IMG/VR virus record: IMGVR_UViG_3300031998_000010
Reading direction: 5' to 3' (one strand)
DNA: 64,000 nt
Origin: a virus
Taxonomy: Duplodnaviria > Caudoviricetes
The position numbers were made by a program, and so were the translations under genes. Below are positions 1 to 10,458 of the stretch, one piece after another. The notes under the pieces were generated by a model that worked only from the letters and a program-made list of their open reading frames with translations, was not told the DNA's origin and did not search any database. Each line of letters opens with the position of its first letter. Position 1 is the first letter of the stretch.

Positions 1-378
1 ACCGTAAACTCTTACAAGGCCATTAATATTACTTTGATTATCTATAATCTTCTGAATAGTTGTATCTTTGATATAAAAAGCAGATGATCTTGTATCATAA
101 GAATTTAAAGAAACATGGTTGGGATTCTTTGATTCATTTATTGTCTTAACATTGTAAGTAAAAAAGACCGTAGCGTTCCAATAACCGCTATCACCGCTAC
201 TTGACATAAGTTCCAAAATAATTGAATCATAATTATTGATATTAGAATGGAGTGTTTTTGTATATGTCCCGAAAAGAACACTACCACTATTATCAGTAAC
301 ATAATCCCATAATACATTTAGAGAATAGTTATCACTACTTGCTGTATAACATCTTCCGTTTAGCATTAGTTTCCCCAT
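1..378 (-). CDS. Partial tail-fibre-associated protein (runs off the window)
   Basis: GGAG RBS, ATG at 378, open frame to position 1 (MGKLMLNGRCYT...GLVRVYG). N-terminus resembles those of the two adjacent fibre genes. Not in the ORF track. Confidence 0.65.
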   Translation of the reverse strand, partial: MGKLMLNGRCYTASSDNYSLNVLWDYVTDNSGSVLFGTYTKTLHSNINNYDSIILELMSSSGDSGYWNATVFFTYNVKTINESKNPNHVSLNSYDTRSSAFYIKDTTIQKIIDNQSNINGLVRVYG

Positions 379-392
379 AAATCAAATCTCCA

Positions 393-1262
393 TTAACTTG
401 TTTTTGTATAACGGATTGTCACATAACAATCTTGTATAGAACTAAATCCGTTACCAACACCTACTTTATAAGTTGTACTTGTAACATTTGAAATATAAAT
501 CGTATAACTTGATGATATCGAAGTATAAGGTAAATATAAATATTCAGAATTATTATTATATTTACATACTCCTGTAATTGAAATTAATCTACCAAAATTA
601 GATATATTGTGATTGAGTGTATTATCTCCTACTGAACAAGTCGGATTCATAGTTTTTTCATAGATAGTAGAGCCGTCAACCCAAGTGCCAATGATATGTT
701 CATCTTCTGAATAATGAACCGCAGGTACGCCTTGTGGTGTCCAAGTACCGCTTCCTGCAACATCAGTTGATTTTGTGTACCGTATTGTGACAATAAGTTT
801 AGATATAGACTGCCCTGAATAAGAACCTAACCAAACAATTACATTAGTAGTATCAATGGTTTCTACACCATTATAATATGTTGAACCACCGATTGAAGTA
901 GCAGGAATAGGGGTGTAATCCCCTGATGACCTTACAATATAACCGCTTATAGGAAACCTACAATCCCCAATATTTGATATTCCGTGAGGAATCGAATTTT
1001 CGGCATTTGTAGATATTCCACTTGTAACCACTAAAGTTTTTTCATATAAAGGCTTCCCGTCTGTCCAAACACCAATCTCTCTTTCAGTAGTTGAATAAAT
1101 TACAGGCTGGAAATCCTGCCCATCGCCATTAGCATCAGTAATAAAATACATCTTACCATTATGCTTTTCTGCATCAGTAAGCTGGTCATATTGGAGTTGG
1201 GTAAGTTCTACATATTTTGCACCGCTACCATAAACTATATTATTTTTAATGATTTTTGGCAT
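393..1262 (-). CDS. Tail fibre / receptor-binding protein (short paralogue)
   Basis: Two tandem YS..E..IG.W.DG...YEKT...YTK modules, shared with the C-terminus of 1278..3923. Confidence 0.7.
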   Translation of the reverse strand: MPKIIKNNIVYGSGAKYVELTQLQYDQLTDAEKHNGKMYFITDANGDGQDFQPVIYSTTEREIGVWTDGKPLYEKTLVVTSGISTNAENSIPHGISNIGDCRFPISGYIVRSSGDYTPIPATSIGGSTYYNGVETIDTTNVIVWLGSYSGQSISKLIVTIRYTKSTDVAGSGTWTPQGVPAVHYSEDEHIIGTWVDGSTIYEKTMNPTCSVGDNTLNHNISNFGRLISITGVCKYNNNSEYLYLPYTSISSSYTIYISNVTSTTYKVGVGNGFSSIQDCYVTIRYTKTS

Positions 1263-1277
1263 AATGGTAGTTCTCCT

Positions 1278-3923
1278 TTAGGATGATTTTGTGTAACGAA
1301 TTGTTAATCGTAAATCCAATGAGTTTGTCCTTGATGTGCCAAGCGTAACATCAGCATATACTCCGTATTGAGCCGAATTACCTACACCTTCAAGAATTGC
1401 TTTATATGCGTTATCAATAGGCCTCGAACATAAGGAAAGTGTGTTTTCACTACTTCTAAAAATAAATGTCCCCTCATAGTCACGCACAACTACGCTCCCA
1501 TCTGTCCATAATGTATGTGTACCCGTAGAGTTTACACTTACCCTCTTTGTTTTCTCATATAAAGTAGAACCATCAAACCAAGTACCAACTACTTGCTCAT
1601 TTTCTGAATAATGAACTGCCGGAACTCCTTGAGGTGTCCAAGTACCAGAACCTGCAAAATCGGTTGTTTTTGTATATTGAATTGCAATATACCAATCAAC
1701 TAATCGAGTACCAAAATCACTTGGATTTACAACGGCAATATTAGTACTTGTTACATTATCGACACCAAGATACGGTGCAGACATTCTTGGTAGAACCCAA
1801 ATATGTCCATAAGTTGAATATGCAGTATCTTTTACTGTTCCCGTGTAACCTACTACTCTATCAATATTTAAAATATTATGAGGTATTGTAAAATTACCAG
1901 TAACTCCTCCTGCATTGTAAATTGTCTTTTCATACAAGGGTTTTCCGTCTGCCCAAACACCAATCTCACGCTCTATTTCAGAATAAATAACAGGCTGAAA
2001 ACTATCTCCACCATCATCGGCATCAGTAATATAATAAGTGGTATTGGGGTCTTTCGTTACAATAGCATCATACTGTAATTGAGTACCTTCCCAAACAATA
2101 CCCAAATCTTCACTATCTTTATCACCAGATAATGTTACTCCATTTACTTGCGGTTTATTGGTTAAATCATCATAGCTAGATACACCGCCACCACCGCCTG
2201 TACCATTCACCCATTTAGAAGAAGAACTATCATATTTGAGTATCTGACCATCCGAAACAGAAGTGATATTTACATCAGTTAATCCCGATAATGATGAACT
2301 ACCACCACTTTCATTAGCGTTTACCCATTCTTGATTAGTGCTATCATATTTAAGAATTTGTCCATCTGCCAAAGAAGTCAAATTAACATCAGGTAAATCG
2401 GATAAAGGTGCAGCATCACTTTCATCAGTAATATGAATAAGACCTACTTTTTCATCAGCAGAAAGTAAATTAAATTGAGATTTTGTCATCTCCCGAACAA
2501 CATTGACTTCGGTTATGGCATCGGTATTATTATCGGCTGAATAAGCACCTTTAAATTGCAGATCATTTCTCTGCGTAAGGCTTGTACCAGCATTATTTAA
2601 AATGGTATGCCCACCGCTACCACCTCCGCCAGAACCATTTATCCACTGATGAGTAGTGCCATCATATTTAAGAACCTGACCATCAGTAACGGAAGTAATA
2701 TTAACATCAGTTAAATCAGTAAGTTCGGATATTCCTTCTAAAGTATCTGCTACCATTACATCTGCATAGATATATTGCCAAGAACCACTATAAGATGTAG
2801 ATTTAATACTTGTTTTAGTTAGAAGGAATGTTACATTTACATGAAGTGCCAGCGTAAAAGAAATTCCGCTACCTATCTTATTAACGGGAATAAGCGTGAA
2901 ATTTTCATAATCAGTTCCACTAACAGTATCATATACTTTTACAATCGCATACTTATTACTGGAAATATCAGGGAAAGTAGAAGTAACATACGCACTATCA
3001 GAACTAACTGTTCCGTGAGATAATACAGTAGTTGTAGGAACTACTGTAAGACTACTTGTATTAACCCATTTACTTGTTGCACTATCATAGGAAAGAATCT
3101 GTCCACCAGTAGCCGAACTAATTGTTACATCGGTTAAATCATTAAGAGATGAAGCACCACCATTAGGAGCATATAAATCAGTATTAACACTATCAACAGT
3201 AATAGTTGCAATCTTGGTACCTGTGGATTGAATTTGAGTAACAGATACATCAGAACCACCTGACGGAATAGCATAAATAGTATTATCTACTTGAAGTTTA
3301 GTTAAATCAGCAGAACTGGAGCCTGATGGGTTTGCTATTACAGTTGTTCCACCACTTTCAGCGGCATTTGCCCATTTCGTACCGTCATATTTTAATACTT
3401 GACCTGAAGATGCAGAAGTAATTGTTACATCAGATAATTCATTAAGAGAAGATGCACCACCGCTTTCAGCTGCATTTACCCAATCACCGTTGTTGTATTT
3501 CAATACCTGACCGTTTGAAGGTGAAGATACACTAACATCAGTAATATCATTTAAAGCAACCGAAGGCGAAGGAACATTATTATTTATCCATTCTCCATTA
3601 CTATAAGTCAATACTTGCCCATTACTTGCAGAGGAAATATCAACATCTGTAAGGTCTTCAAGAGTAGTTGCACCGCCACCACCACCATTAGCATTTACCC
3701 ATTCAGAGCCATTGTACTGTAAGACCTGACCAGAAGTAGCCGAAGTAATTTCTACATCAGCTAACCCTGCTAATGTGGAAGATGTCCCACCTGCAGCAAG
3801 TTCATCAATAGCATCTTTGACATTAGTAGCCTCCAAGCCGCTATCATAATTGTCATAAGGAAGCATGCTTGCTGAACTAGGTATCGAAGTGTATGGAATA
3901 TTATTTTTAATTATCTTTGCCAT
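1278..3923 (-). CDS. Long tail fibre protein
   Basis: About 9 LxDLTDVxIxSxxxGQxLxYxxxxWVN repeats, Ser/Gly linkers, two C-terminal YEKT modules; lies distal to the baseplate genes. Confidence 0.8.
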   Translation of the reverse strand: MAKIIKNNIPYTSIPSSASMLPYDNYDSGLEATNVKDAIDELAAGGTSSTLAGLADVEITSATSGQVLQYNGSEWVNANGGGGGATTLEDLTDVDISSASNGQVLTYSNGEWINNNVPSPSVALNDITDVSVSSPSNGQVLKYNNGDWVNAAESGGASSLNELSDVTITSASSGQVLKYDGTKWANAAESGGTTVIANPSGSSSADLTKLQVDNTIYAIPSGGSDVSVTQIQSTGTKIATITVDSVNTDLYAPNGGASSLNDLTDVTISSATGGQILSYDSATSKWVNTSSLTVVPTTTVLSHGTVSSDSAYVTSTFPDISSNKYAIVKVYDTVSGTDYENFTLIPVNKIGSGISFTLALHVNVTFLLTKTSIKSTSYSGSWQYIYADVMVADTLEGISELTDLTDVNITSVTDGQVLKYDGTTHQWINGSGGGGSGGHTILNNAGTSLTQRNDLQFKGAYSADNNTDAITEVNVVREMTKSQFNLLSADEKVGLIHITDESDAAPLSDLPDVNLTSLADGQILKYDSTNQEWVNANESGGSSSLSGLTDVNITSVSDGQILKYDSSSSKWVNGTGGGGGVSSYDDLTNKPQVNGVTLSGDKDSEDLGIVWEGTQLQYDAIVTKDPNTTYYITDADDGGDSFQPVIYSEIEREIGVWADGKPLYEKTIYNAGGVTGNFTIPHNILNIDRVVGYTGTVKDTAYSTYGHIWVLPRMSAPYLGVDNVTSTNIAVVNPSDFGTRLVDWYIAIQYTKTTDFAGSGTWTPQGVPAVHYSENEQVVGTWFDGSTLYEKTKRVSVNSTGTHTLWTDGSVVVRDYEGTFIFRSSENTLSLCSRPIDNAYKAILEGVGNSAQYGVYADVTLGTSRTNSLDLRLTIRYTKSS

Positions 3924-3936
3924 GAGTCATTACCTT

Positions 3937-4596
3937 TTATGATGCTGGAGCTTCGACAAGAGTATTTGTGCCTATCGCTAGATAATTTTTATTGTTTACT
4001 GTTACTGTACTATATCGTGTTACTAATGAACAACTTCTAAAATCTGGTAATAATCCAACCGAACCTGCCGATGTAATTATGGCACAAGTAGTGGAAAATA
4101 ATATATAAGGAGAACTCAACTGTGTACCGCATATTTTTACAATACTAAAACCTGAAGTATTTAAAAGACCAGCAGAATCAAATCTGTATATATAACTACT
4201 ATAATCAAGAGCACGATTAGTATTCAAGTATAAAGCAAGATAAGTTATAGTTGAACTACTCTCATAGATAAAGAAAGTATAACCCCATTCGCTATCTTTA
4301 CATACTGTAGCATAAAAACTGTGGTCAGTAATAATTATACGAACAAGTTCTGTCTGATTTCTATTAGTAAAACTACCCGCAGTCATAATTACATTATCAT
4401 TCATATCCAAATAACGAATAGAACTTGATGCAATTACATCAATTTTAATTCTGTTATCAAAAACTACATATTTAGTACCACTTTCTTGAGTAAATCTAGT
4501 GTCATATGTACTAAAACAATTATAGAAATTATCTAACATATCCTCTCTATTAGTTGAAGTCAGAAATATTGTCGTATCATACATCTGTGTTGCCAT
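3937..4596 (-). CDS. Hypothetical tail-associated protein
   Basis: 219-aa ORF with GAGGTG RBS inside the fibre cluster. Confidence 0.55.
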   Translation of the reverse strand: MATQMYDTTIFLTSTNREDMLDNFYNCFSTYDTRFTQESGTKYVVFDNRIKIDVIASSSIRYLDMNDNVIMTAGSFTNRNQTELVRIIITDHSFYATVCKDSEWGYTFFIYESSSTITYLALYLNTNRALDYSSYIYRFDSAGLLNTSGFSIVKICGTQLSSPYILFSTTCAIITSAGSVGLLPDFRSCSLVTRYSTVTVNNKNYLAIGTNTLVEAPAS

Positions 4597-4610
4597 AAAG
4601 TATCACCTCA

Positions 4611-4883
4611 TTAAGTAACTACTGCAAAATCGTCATAAAGTTGTATATTCATATCTATGAATAGCATACTGCCACTACATATAAATAAACCATTACTTTC
4701 TACCACGGTCTCAACAGCATCTGCCATCTCTGAAACCTTCAATCTTTTACCTAATGCGTTAGCAATAGCACTAATATCTTTCTCTACATATAGTTTATTA
4801 TCGTCTGATGGCGAACCTACTGGATATACAATCTCGTTACCATCAGCATAAATTTTACCACCCTCGGCAGGAACCCAAGCCAT
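4611..4883 (-). CDS. Hypothetical tail-associated protein
   Basis: 90-aa ORF tightly packed in the operon. Confidence 0.5.
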   Translation of the reverse strand: MAWVPAEGGKIYADGNEIVYPVGSPSDDNKLYVEKDISAIANALGKRLKVSEMADAVETVVESNGLFICSGSMLFIDMNIQLYDDFAVVT

Positions 4884-4884
4884 A

Positions 4885-6132
4885 TTAACTAATTCTCACT
4901 TTCACAGGCATATCGTGTGTTTGCTCTTCAAATCCTAATGTAATATAACCATTTATAACCGACATAGATATAGGAGATACCCCAAAAAATGCACTATCTA
5001 CATAGACATTTACAGTGGAAGTCCTTTTTATTGCGTCATCATGAAACTGAATACTTGTGGCACCCGTCATTAATGTTCCAGTTAAATCTGTCCAATAGAC
5101 GTTGGTTTCTACAATCTCATCAAGAGCGGATTGGACTGTTGTAGCCGATAATCCCGACCTAGTATTATTATACATTACTGCATCGGCATTAAAAGTTTGT
5201 GCATGAGCATCTGTAATATAATAAACAATATTTGGGTCTTTTTCTTCGATTAAATCATATTCTGCTTGAGTGCCTTCCCAAGTTCCTGCTCCTGTTTCAT
5301 TAACCCATTCTTCACCATTATAAGTTAGTACTTGATTTGTGGTTGGGTTAGTGATATCTACATCTGTAAGCTCGTCTAATCTTGAAATACCGCTTGCGTC
5401 ATCTGCATTTACCCATTTTTCTAATGTTTGGTCATATTTAAGAACCTGACCGCCTGTAACATTATCAATATCTACATCGGTTAAATCATCTAATACACCT
5501 ACAGTACTAACTAAACCATTTATCCATTCGCTAGATTCAACATCATAAACTAATGCTTGACCAGACTGAGGATTATCAATATTTACATCGGTCAATCCTT
5601 CAAGACTTGGAGTAAACGCAGAGGCATCAACATTTTGCCATGACATCGTGCTTGCATTGTATTGAAGCACCTGACCATTTCGTGCATCTGAAATATCGAC
5701 ATTCTGAAGTTCATCAATATCGCATTCACTAACATTCTCAATATCATAAATAAATCCATCAATACTAACTGCGTACAATAATCCTGCGGGTTCACCCTGA
5801 TATACCTGGATATACTGGCCTAAATTTGTAACAATATACTGGTCTTCACTAGTTCCCAAAACATAATTATCACCAACAAGAGGATTGGCGATAACCATAG
5901 AACCTCCACCATTCAATATATTATGGCTGTTATTTGCAATAGGCCTTGCATAGAGCTCATTTATGGCCGCTACTAAAGTATTTGCATTTGTATTTAATTG
6001 AGGAAATTTTGTAGCTAATCCGCCATATTTTAGAATTGAATCAGTATAATTCTTATCAGAGATATCAGGAAGGTCAGGCTTGTTGACTTTTCTGGACTTC
6101 TCAAGTGCAGGCAACTGTCTTCTATCTTTCAT
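4885..6132 (-). CDS. Tail fibre / fibre-attachment protein
   Basis: Four LTDVxI...GQxLxY...WxN repeats; WEGTQxxYD..KDPN..YYITD motif shared with 1278..3923; TLVAAINEL motif. Confidence 0.7.
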   Translation of the reverse strand: MKDRRQLPALEKSRKVNKPDLPDISDKNYTDSILKYGGLATKFPQLNTNANTLVAAINELYARPIANNSHNILNGGGSMVIANPLVGDNYVLGTSEDQYIVTNLGQYIQVYQGEPAGLLYAVSIDGFIYDIENVSECDIDELQNVDISDARNGQVLQYNASTMSWQNVDASAFTPSLEGLTDVNIDNPQSGQALVYDVESSEWINGLVSTVGVLDDLTDVDIDNVTGGQVLKYDQTLEKWVNADDASGISRLDELTDVDITNPTTNQVLTYNGEEWVNETGAGTWEGTQAEYDLIEEKDPNIVYYITDAHAQTFNADAVMYNNTRSGLSATTVQSALDEIVETNVYWTDLTGTLMTGATSIQFHDDAIKRTSTVNVYVDSAFFGVSPISMSVINGYITLGFEEQTHDMPVKVRIS

Positions 6133-6143
6133 ACCTACCTACC

Positions 6144-7199
6144 TCAATTATCCATTGAATCTCCTGATTGTAACATAACTCCGTTGACCTTAGGCACAGG
6201 TGCATTATAATGTTGAGTTTCTGATGTATTGAGAGTCTCAACAGGAAGTGTACCTTCTACGGCTTGTTGAGTATTCAAATCAATAGTCCTATTATATCTG
6301 AGATTATACTTCGGGTCGTTCACATCTACCTCTGTAATTGTATCTACTGTAGGTCCATAACCTAAATCGAATATAGGCTTACTGAATAAGGATTTAACTG
6401 TGTGTTCATTATTAGCCATCTGAAGTGAACTGAGTGCACGATAGCCGGCATCTACATTTGGTGCAATTTCTTGACTTTCGTCATAAGCAGGATTTCTTGC
6501 ATATACTTTATTTCTTATATCACGAGTATCAAGAATAGGAGGATTATCATTCCTCATCTTCTGCATTCTTGCGTAATCATTTCTTGTATAATGTCCAACT
6601 TTTGTAGGTCCTATGATTCCTGTTGCATCAGCAACATTTGCTAATCTTGCATCTACAGAAATTTTTGTCATAGAATCTATCTTTACGCCTGCATGTTGGA
6701 AGCAGTACATTCCGATTGGTCGTACATACTCAATACAAGCATCAATGGGCTTCTCATCTGTAAAGTAGATTATATTGATGCAATTATCTTCAACATTAGG
6801 TTCTACATAAACAGAATTAGCAGGAATTGAGGTATCCTCTAATCTGTTATACAGAATGTCGTTTTCTTTACCATAATCATTAATCGCTTTTTGTTTGAGA
6901 TTAACTTCTGCGGCTAATGTAACACCTAATTGACTTCCTTTATACCTAATCATAGACATAAAGTATAATATTACAAATCTATTGAATGCTGCACAGAATC
7001 TATCGTCATACTGATAGCCGATTGTATCGCCTAACATCCATAACAAATCTTTAGGGCACCTCAAAGCGTCATACAAATCTACAGTATTTGTGATATCATA
7101 CTGTAATTTTGTCAAAGCATATTCGAACCAACGAATGAAAAATCTAAAATCCGCTGATTTCTTGTATTCATTGGGAACTGAAATATCACTTATCTTCAT
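6144..7199 (-). CDS. Baseplate wedge protein (P2 gpI-like)
   Basis: Follows the gpJ-like gene; CPKDLLWMLGDTIGY and RYKGS motifs. Confidence 0.6.
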   Translation of the reverse strand: MKISDISVPNEYKKSADFRFFIRWFEYALTKLQYDITNTVDLYDALRCPKDLLWMLGDTIGYQYDDRFCAAFNRFVILYFMSMIRYKGSQLGVTLAAEVNLKQKAINDYGKENDILYNRLEDTSIPANSVYVEPNVEDNCINIIYFTDEKPIDACIEYVRPIGMYCFQHAGVKIDSMTKISVDARLANVADATGIIGPTKVGHYTRNDYARMQKMRNDNPPILDTRDIRNKVYARNPAYDESQEIAPNVDAGYRALSSLQMANNEHTVKSLFSKPIFDLGYGPTVDTITEVDVNDPKYNLRYNRTIDLNTQQAVEGTLPVETLNTSETQHYNAPVPKVNGVMLQSGDSMDN

Positions 7200-7200
7200 A

Positions 7201-9102
7201 TCAGTTAATTAAACACTCCGGTGCAATTCTTATTGCTGTACTTGCATTATCGGGTTCGTTGTATCTCGCAAATGAAATATAATTGAATGCATCAGGGTCA
7301 CAATTATTCCACTTGATTACAGGATTGCTAGGGCTACCTGCATCGAAATATGTTATTCTATCATCGCATTCCTGAATTATATTTACTACTTCCATCACTG
7401 TTGGCTTCTGATTAAATTGTCTATTAGCAGGAGCAAAGTAAAGAGCTAAAGCTTCCTTTGCCTTTGAAAGAATGATTTCTCCTATATCAGCTGTAACTGG
7501 CCTATTTGTGTAGATTTGACCTACAATGTAGAAATCAAATATCCTACAGGAGCCAAATTGCAAATCTGTTGTCATAGCTTGGAGAGGCCTAAAGTCTGCA
7601 ACAATATTATCAAGGAACATTTGAGGTGGCTTGTATCTTGTATACCCAGGCAAGCTAGAAATCTGAACTGTGTCTGTTTGACCGTGACCCCATGTGTCAT
7701 CTTTGAAGTCATTATGAATAGCAAAGCACACTGCAGTAGAAGTTTTGAAGTTTACTGCAAATGGAAGCTCTTTCTTATTTGCTAAATCGACTATTTCTTC
7801 ATCAAGAATATCTCTCCAGTAGAATGAAGTAGAATCACTAGTAGGAAAGTCCTTATTAGTGATATACATCTTGGATTTTTGTCCTTCAGATAAATTCTTA
7901 TCATTATATATTGCAAGATTTATCTCAAGAGCCTTCTGACAATCAAGTACTACTCCGCAATCTACTCCGGCTTCTCTTCTCAAGAATCTTGTATAGTCAG
8001 GCAAAGTAACAAGGCTGTCCCAAGTATTGATATAATTTCTACTATTATGATATGCTTCTTTTGCAGTTTCAGGAGACCTTCCCGTAACTGTATATGTGTG
8101 AGGCATCTCTACTGTATTTGACAAATTACTTAAAGAAATATCTCCGTTTTCATAAGGAGGATTTCCGTTTGAAATTGTTTTAGCAAAAATAAGATTAGTA
8201 AGAACATTTGAGCCAACACATCCAATTACTCCGGAACAATCAATCCAAAGAATCGTGAGAACATAATCTTCATAATTTGATAACTGATTAAGATAGTTTG
8301 AAATAGTTACTTGAGCGTTTGAATAATTATCATAAGTAACGCAATATCTCGGTTCTGCTGTGTTGAATTCTGCAACATTTGCTACTTGAACCCATTGTGT
8401 TTTATCAAATGTAGTAGAAGATAACGAATTTCTACCTTTAACCCAAACAGCTGTAGTATCAACATGCTGAGAAGGCAAAGTTATAATGTAGTTATTTTGA
8501 ATAACTTCTTTTACTGAGACAGAATAACTTCTTAAATCCCCTTCGATAGCTACTCTTGTACAAGATTCTCCGGGACCTAATGTTACTGTATCATATTCAG
8601 AAAATACGTCGATATAATCAGTAAGAACATTTCTCCTACTTCTACTTTCGCTCTCACCATAACTAGATGTCATTGGTAAGATATTATAAGTAATTACTCG
8701 ACTTGTATTAGTAATATCCGAATATGCATTTACTGTGCAGAAATTAGAACCATTAAAGCCGAAATCAAGATTGGTTGTCCCTAAAGCTGTATTAGTGAAT
8801 GTAACTTCAGTTCTTGCAGCTGTATAGAAACCTAAATCATAACCAATAAGGCCAAATATCTTTTCGGCATCTTTTCTTTGAACTACAGAAGGTGCAAATA
8901 ACTCACTTGCAAGATAATCAATATTTACACCTAACATATCGGCAGCACTTGCCAATAATTTTTCTAAAACTACTCCAGGGTCGGCATCGGCTTCCGGTTT
9001 CCACAAATCAGTGAGCTTGGGAACTAATGCCTCAAACTCTTTCATGAGAGATTGGTAATCTTTGCTTGCGTAATTGACAAGACCACGGTTTGAATCTGCC
9101 AT
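7201..9102 (-). CDS. Baseplate wedge subunit (T4 gp6 / baseplate J-like)
   Basis: N-terminal YASKDYQS...W....ADPGVVL motif and LVTLPDY motif; adjacent to the gp25-like gene. Confidence 0.8.
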   Translation of the reverse strand: MADSNRGLVNYASKDYQSLMKEFEALVPKLTDLWKPEADADPGVVLEKLLASAADMLGVNIDYLASELFAPSVVQRKDAEKIFGLIGYDLGFYTAARTEVTFTNTALGTTNLDFGFNGSNFCTVNAYSDITNTSRVITYNILPMTSSYGESESRSRRNVLTDYIDVFSEYDTVTLGPGESCTRVAIEGDLRSYSVSVKEVIQNNYIITLPSQHVDTTAVWVKGRNSLSSTTFDKTQWVQVANVAEFNTAEPRYCVTYDNYSNAQVTISNYLNQLSNYEDYVLTILWIDCSGVIGCVGSNVLTNLIFAKTISNGNPPYENGDISLSNLSNTVEMPHTYTVTGRSPETAKEAYHNSRNYINTWDSLVTLPDYTRFLRREAGVDCGVVLDCQKALEINLAIYNDKNLSEGQKSKMYITNKDFPTSDSTSFYWRDILDEEIVDLANKKELPFAVNFKTSTAVCFAIHNDFKDDTWGHGQTDTVQISSLPGYTRYKPPQMFLDNIVADFRPLQAMTTDLQFGSCRIFDFYIVGQIYTNRPVTADIGEIILSKAKEALALYFAPANRQFNQKPTVMEVVNIIQECDDRITYFDAGSPSNPVIKWNNCDPDAFNYISFARYNEPDNASTAIRIAPECLIN

Positions 9103-9149
9103 CTATATTTCTCCTAAATTAGTTACATATATCATATAAGGTAGTAATG

Positions 9150-9611
9150 TTATGCTTCCTCAATGACCCACCCTTGCTGATTAACTGTTAAAGTCTTATT
9201 CTGCTCTGGTTCAGAATTTAATTCTAGCGAAATCTCTTTACCAAAAGTAGTTACTAACGCTACTGTCATATTAAGCTCATTTGCTTGTGTAGCATAAGTC
9301 AAACTTGAATTTCCACTGAATAATAAACCATCAGTAAATTGAGTTTTGGACGCTTCAACATCAGGTTCATAAGTTCTAAGTTGAGCTACAATTCTATCTT
9401 TAATCAAAGCCTTTTCGTTCTCTGTATTATACTTCCAAAGATGTCGCTTTAATCCAACACCAAAATTAGGGTCATTATACATTTCAGTAGGTTCAGATAA
9501 AATAAGTAATCTAGTTCTTGTTGTTATAGATTTTAAATCTTCATCTACGGAAACTTTATTTCCTGTTATATTAAACATGTTAGGAAATGAAAGAGATGTT
9601 GTTTCTGCCAT
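9150..9611 (-). CDS. Baseplate wedge / sheath initiator (T4 gp25-like)
   Basis: EPTEMYNDPNFGVGL and YEP motifs typical of the gp25 family. Confidence 0.8.
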   Translation of the reverse strand: MAETTSLSFPNMFNITGNKVSVDEDLKSITTRTRLLILSEPTEMYNDPNFGVGLKRHLWKYNTENEKALIKDRIVAQLRTYEPDVEASKTQFTDGLLFSGNSSLTYATQANELNMTVALVTTFGKEISLELNSEPEQNKTLTVNQQGWVIEEA

Positions 9612-9619
9612 ATACTACC

Positions 9620-9916
9620 TCACTGATTTCCTCTTCTAGTATTAGAATAAGAACCTCCTGTTAGTCCCAATACAAGCCAAGAAGACGAAGTGTTATCAAG
9701 ACTTGTCAGAGCTACAACTTCGCCTTCCTTGGGCATGTAGGGAAGCAACAAAGATGGGTACCACGGAAGGTCAGAATCTTCAACGTAGTTACGAATCTTT
9801 TGTCCTTTATAATCATATTTAAGGTAGGGGCCATGCTCATTTGGGACCCTAACTTGTATGAGGAGAGTGCCATCTCCTGAATATTTGCAACCTTTCACAT
9901 ATCCATATACAATCAT
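9620..9916 (-). CDS. Baseplate spike N-terminal OB-fold-like protein
   Basis: IQVRVP..HG, LPW and P.EGEVV motifs as in gp5/gpV N-termini. Confidence 0.55.
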   Translation of the reverse strand: MIVYGYVKGCKYSGDGTLLIQVRVPNEHGPYLKYDYKGQKIRNYVEDSDLPWYPSLLLPYMPKEGEVVALTSLDNTSSSWLVLGLTGGSYSNTRRGNQ

Positions 9917-10458
9917 AACAGACCTCTCTTATAATTCTTCAAAACTGTCTTTGCATACTTATGGAAGTCATCTAATCCCTTATCTGAAATTAGGGTCAAA
10001 AATTCTAATATCAATTTTTCTGTGTCAGGATGAAAATGCCTGCCTTTTCTAACTTTAACATAATAGTTTAAAGGTTCATTCTGTGTCCACTTTTCATTAG
10101 TGTATGCTTTGCCTGCACCTATCCAATCACACACCATCTCGATAACATAGTTAATTGGCATTTTATTCGCTACAATAGAACCACCATCTGCAAAATCTGT
10201 CCAATATTCCCAATGATGTTTATTATGTCCTTTATGATGTAGCCATGCTTTTGAATATCCTATTTCTTCTTTCTCAGCGTTAATGGGACTTCTATTACCT
10301 TGAAAATATTTTGCAGATGAAACAAATTCTGCAATACTGAATTTTGAATTATCATGAAATAAACCTTGCCAAAATATTCCACAAGCAATACATTCTTTTA
10401 AAACATAATGCTTATGTTTACAAACTGTTTTAAAATGTAAAAAATAGGGTCTAATCAT
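9913..10458 (-). CDS. DUF5662-like HD-type protein
   Basis: HDNSKFS, HHKGHNKHHWEYW and EMVCDW motifs; likely start MIRP at the ATGA overlap (10458). Confidence 0.7.
   Translation of the reverse strand: MIRPYFLHFKTVCKHKHYVLKECIACGIFWQGLFHDNSKFSIAEFVSSAKYFQGNRSPINAEKEEIGYSKAWLHHKGHNKHHWEYWTDFADGGSIVANKMPINYVIEMVCDWIGAGKAYTNEKWTQNEPLNYYVKVRKGRHFHPDTEKLILEFLTLISDKGLDDFHKYAKTVLKNYKRGLL

Noticed and set aside
393-3923. Diversity-generating retroelement target/template pair
   Set aside because: Divergence between the copies is extensive and not adenine-specific; no reverse transcriptase in the window
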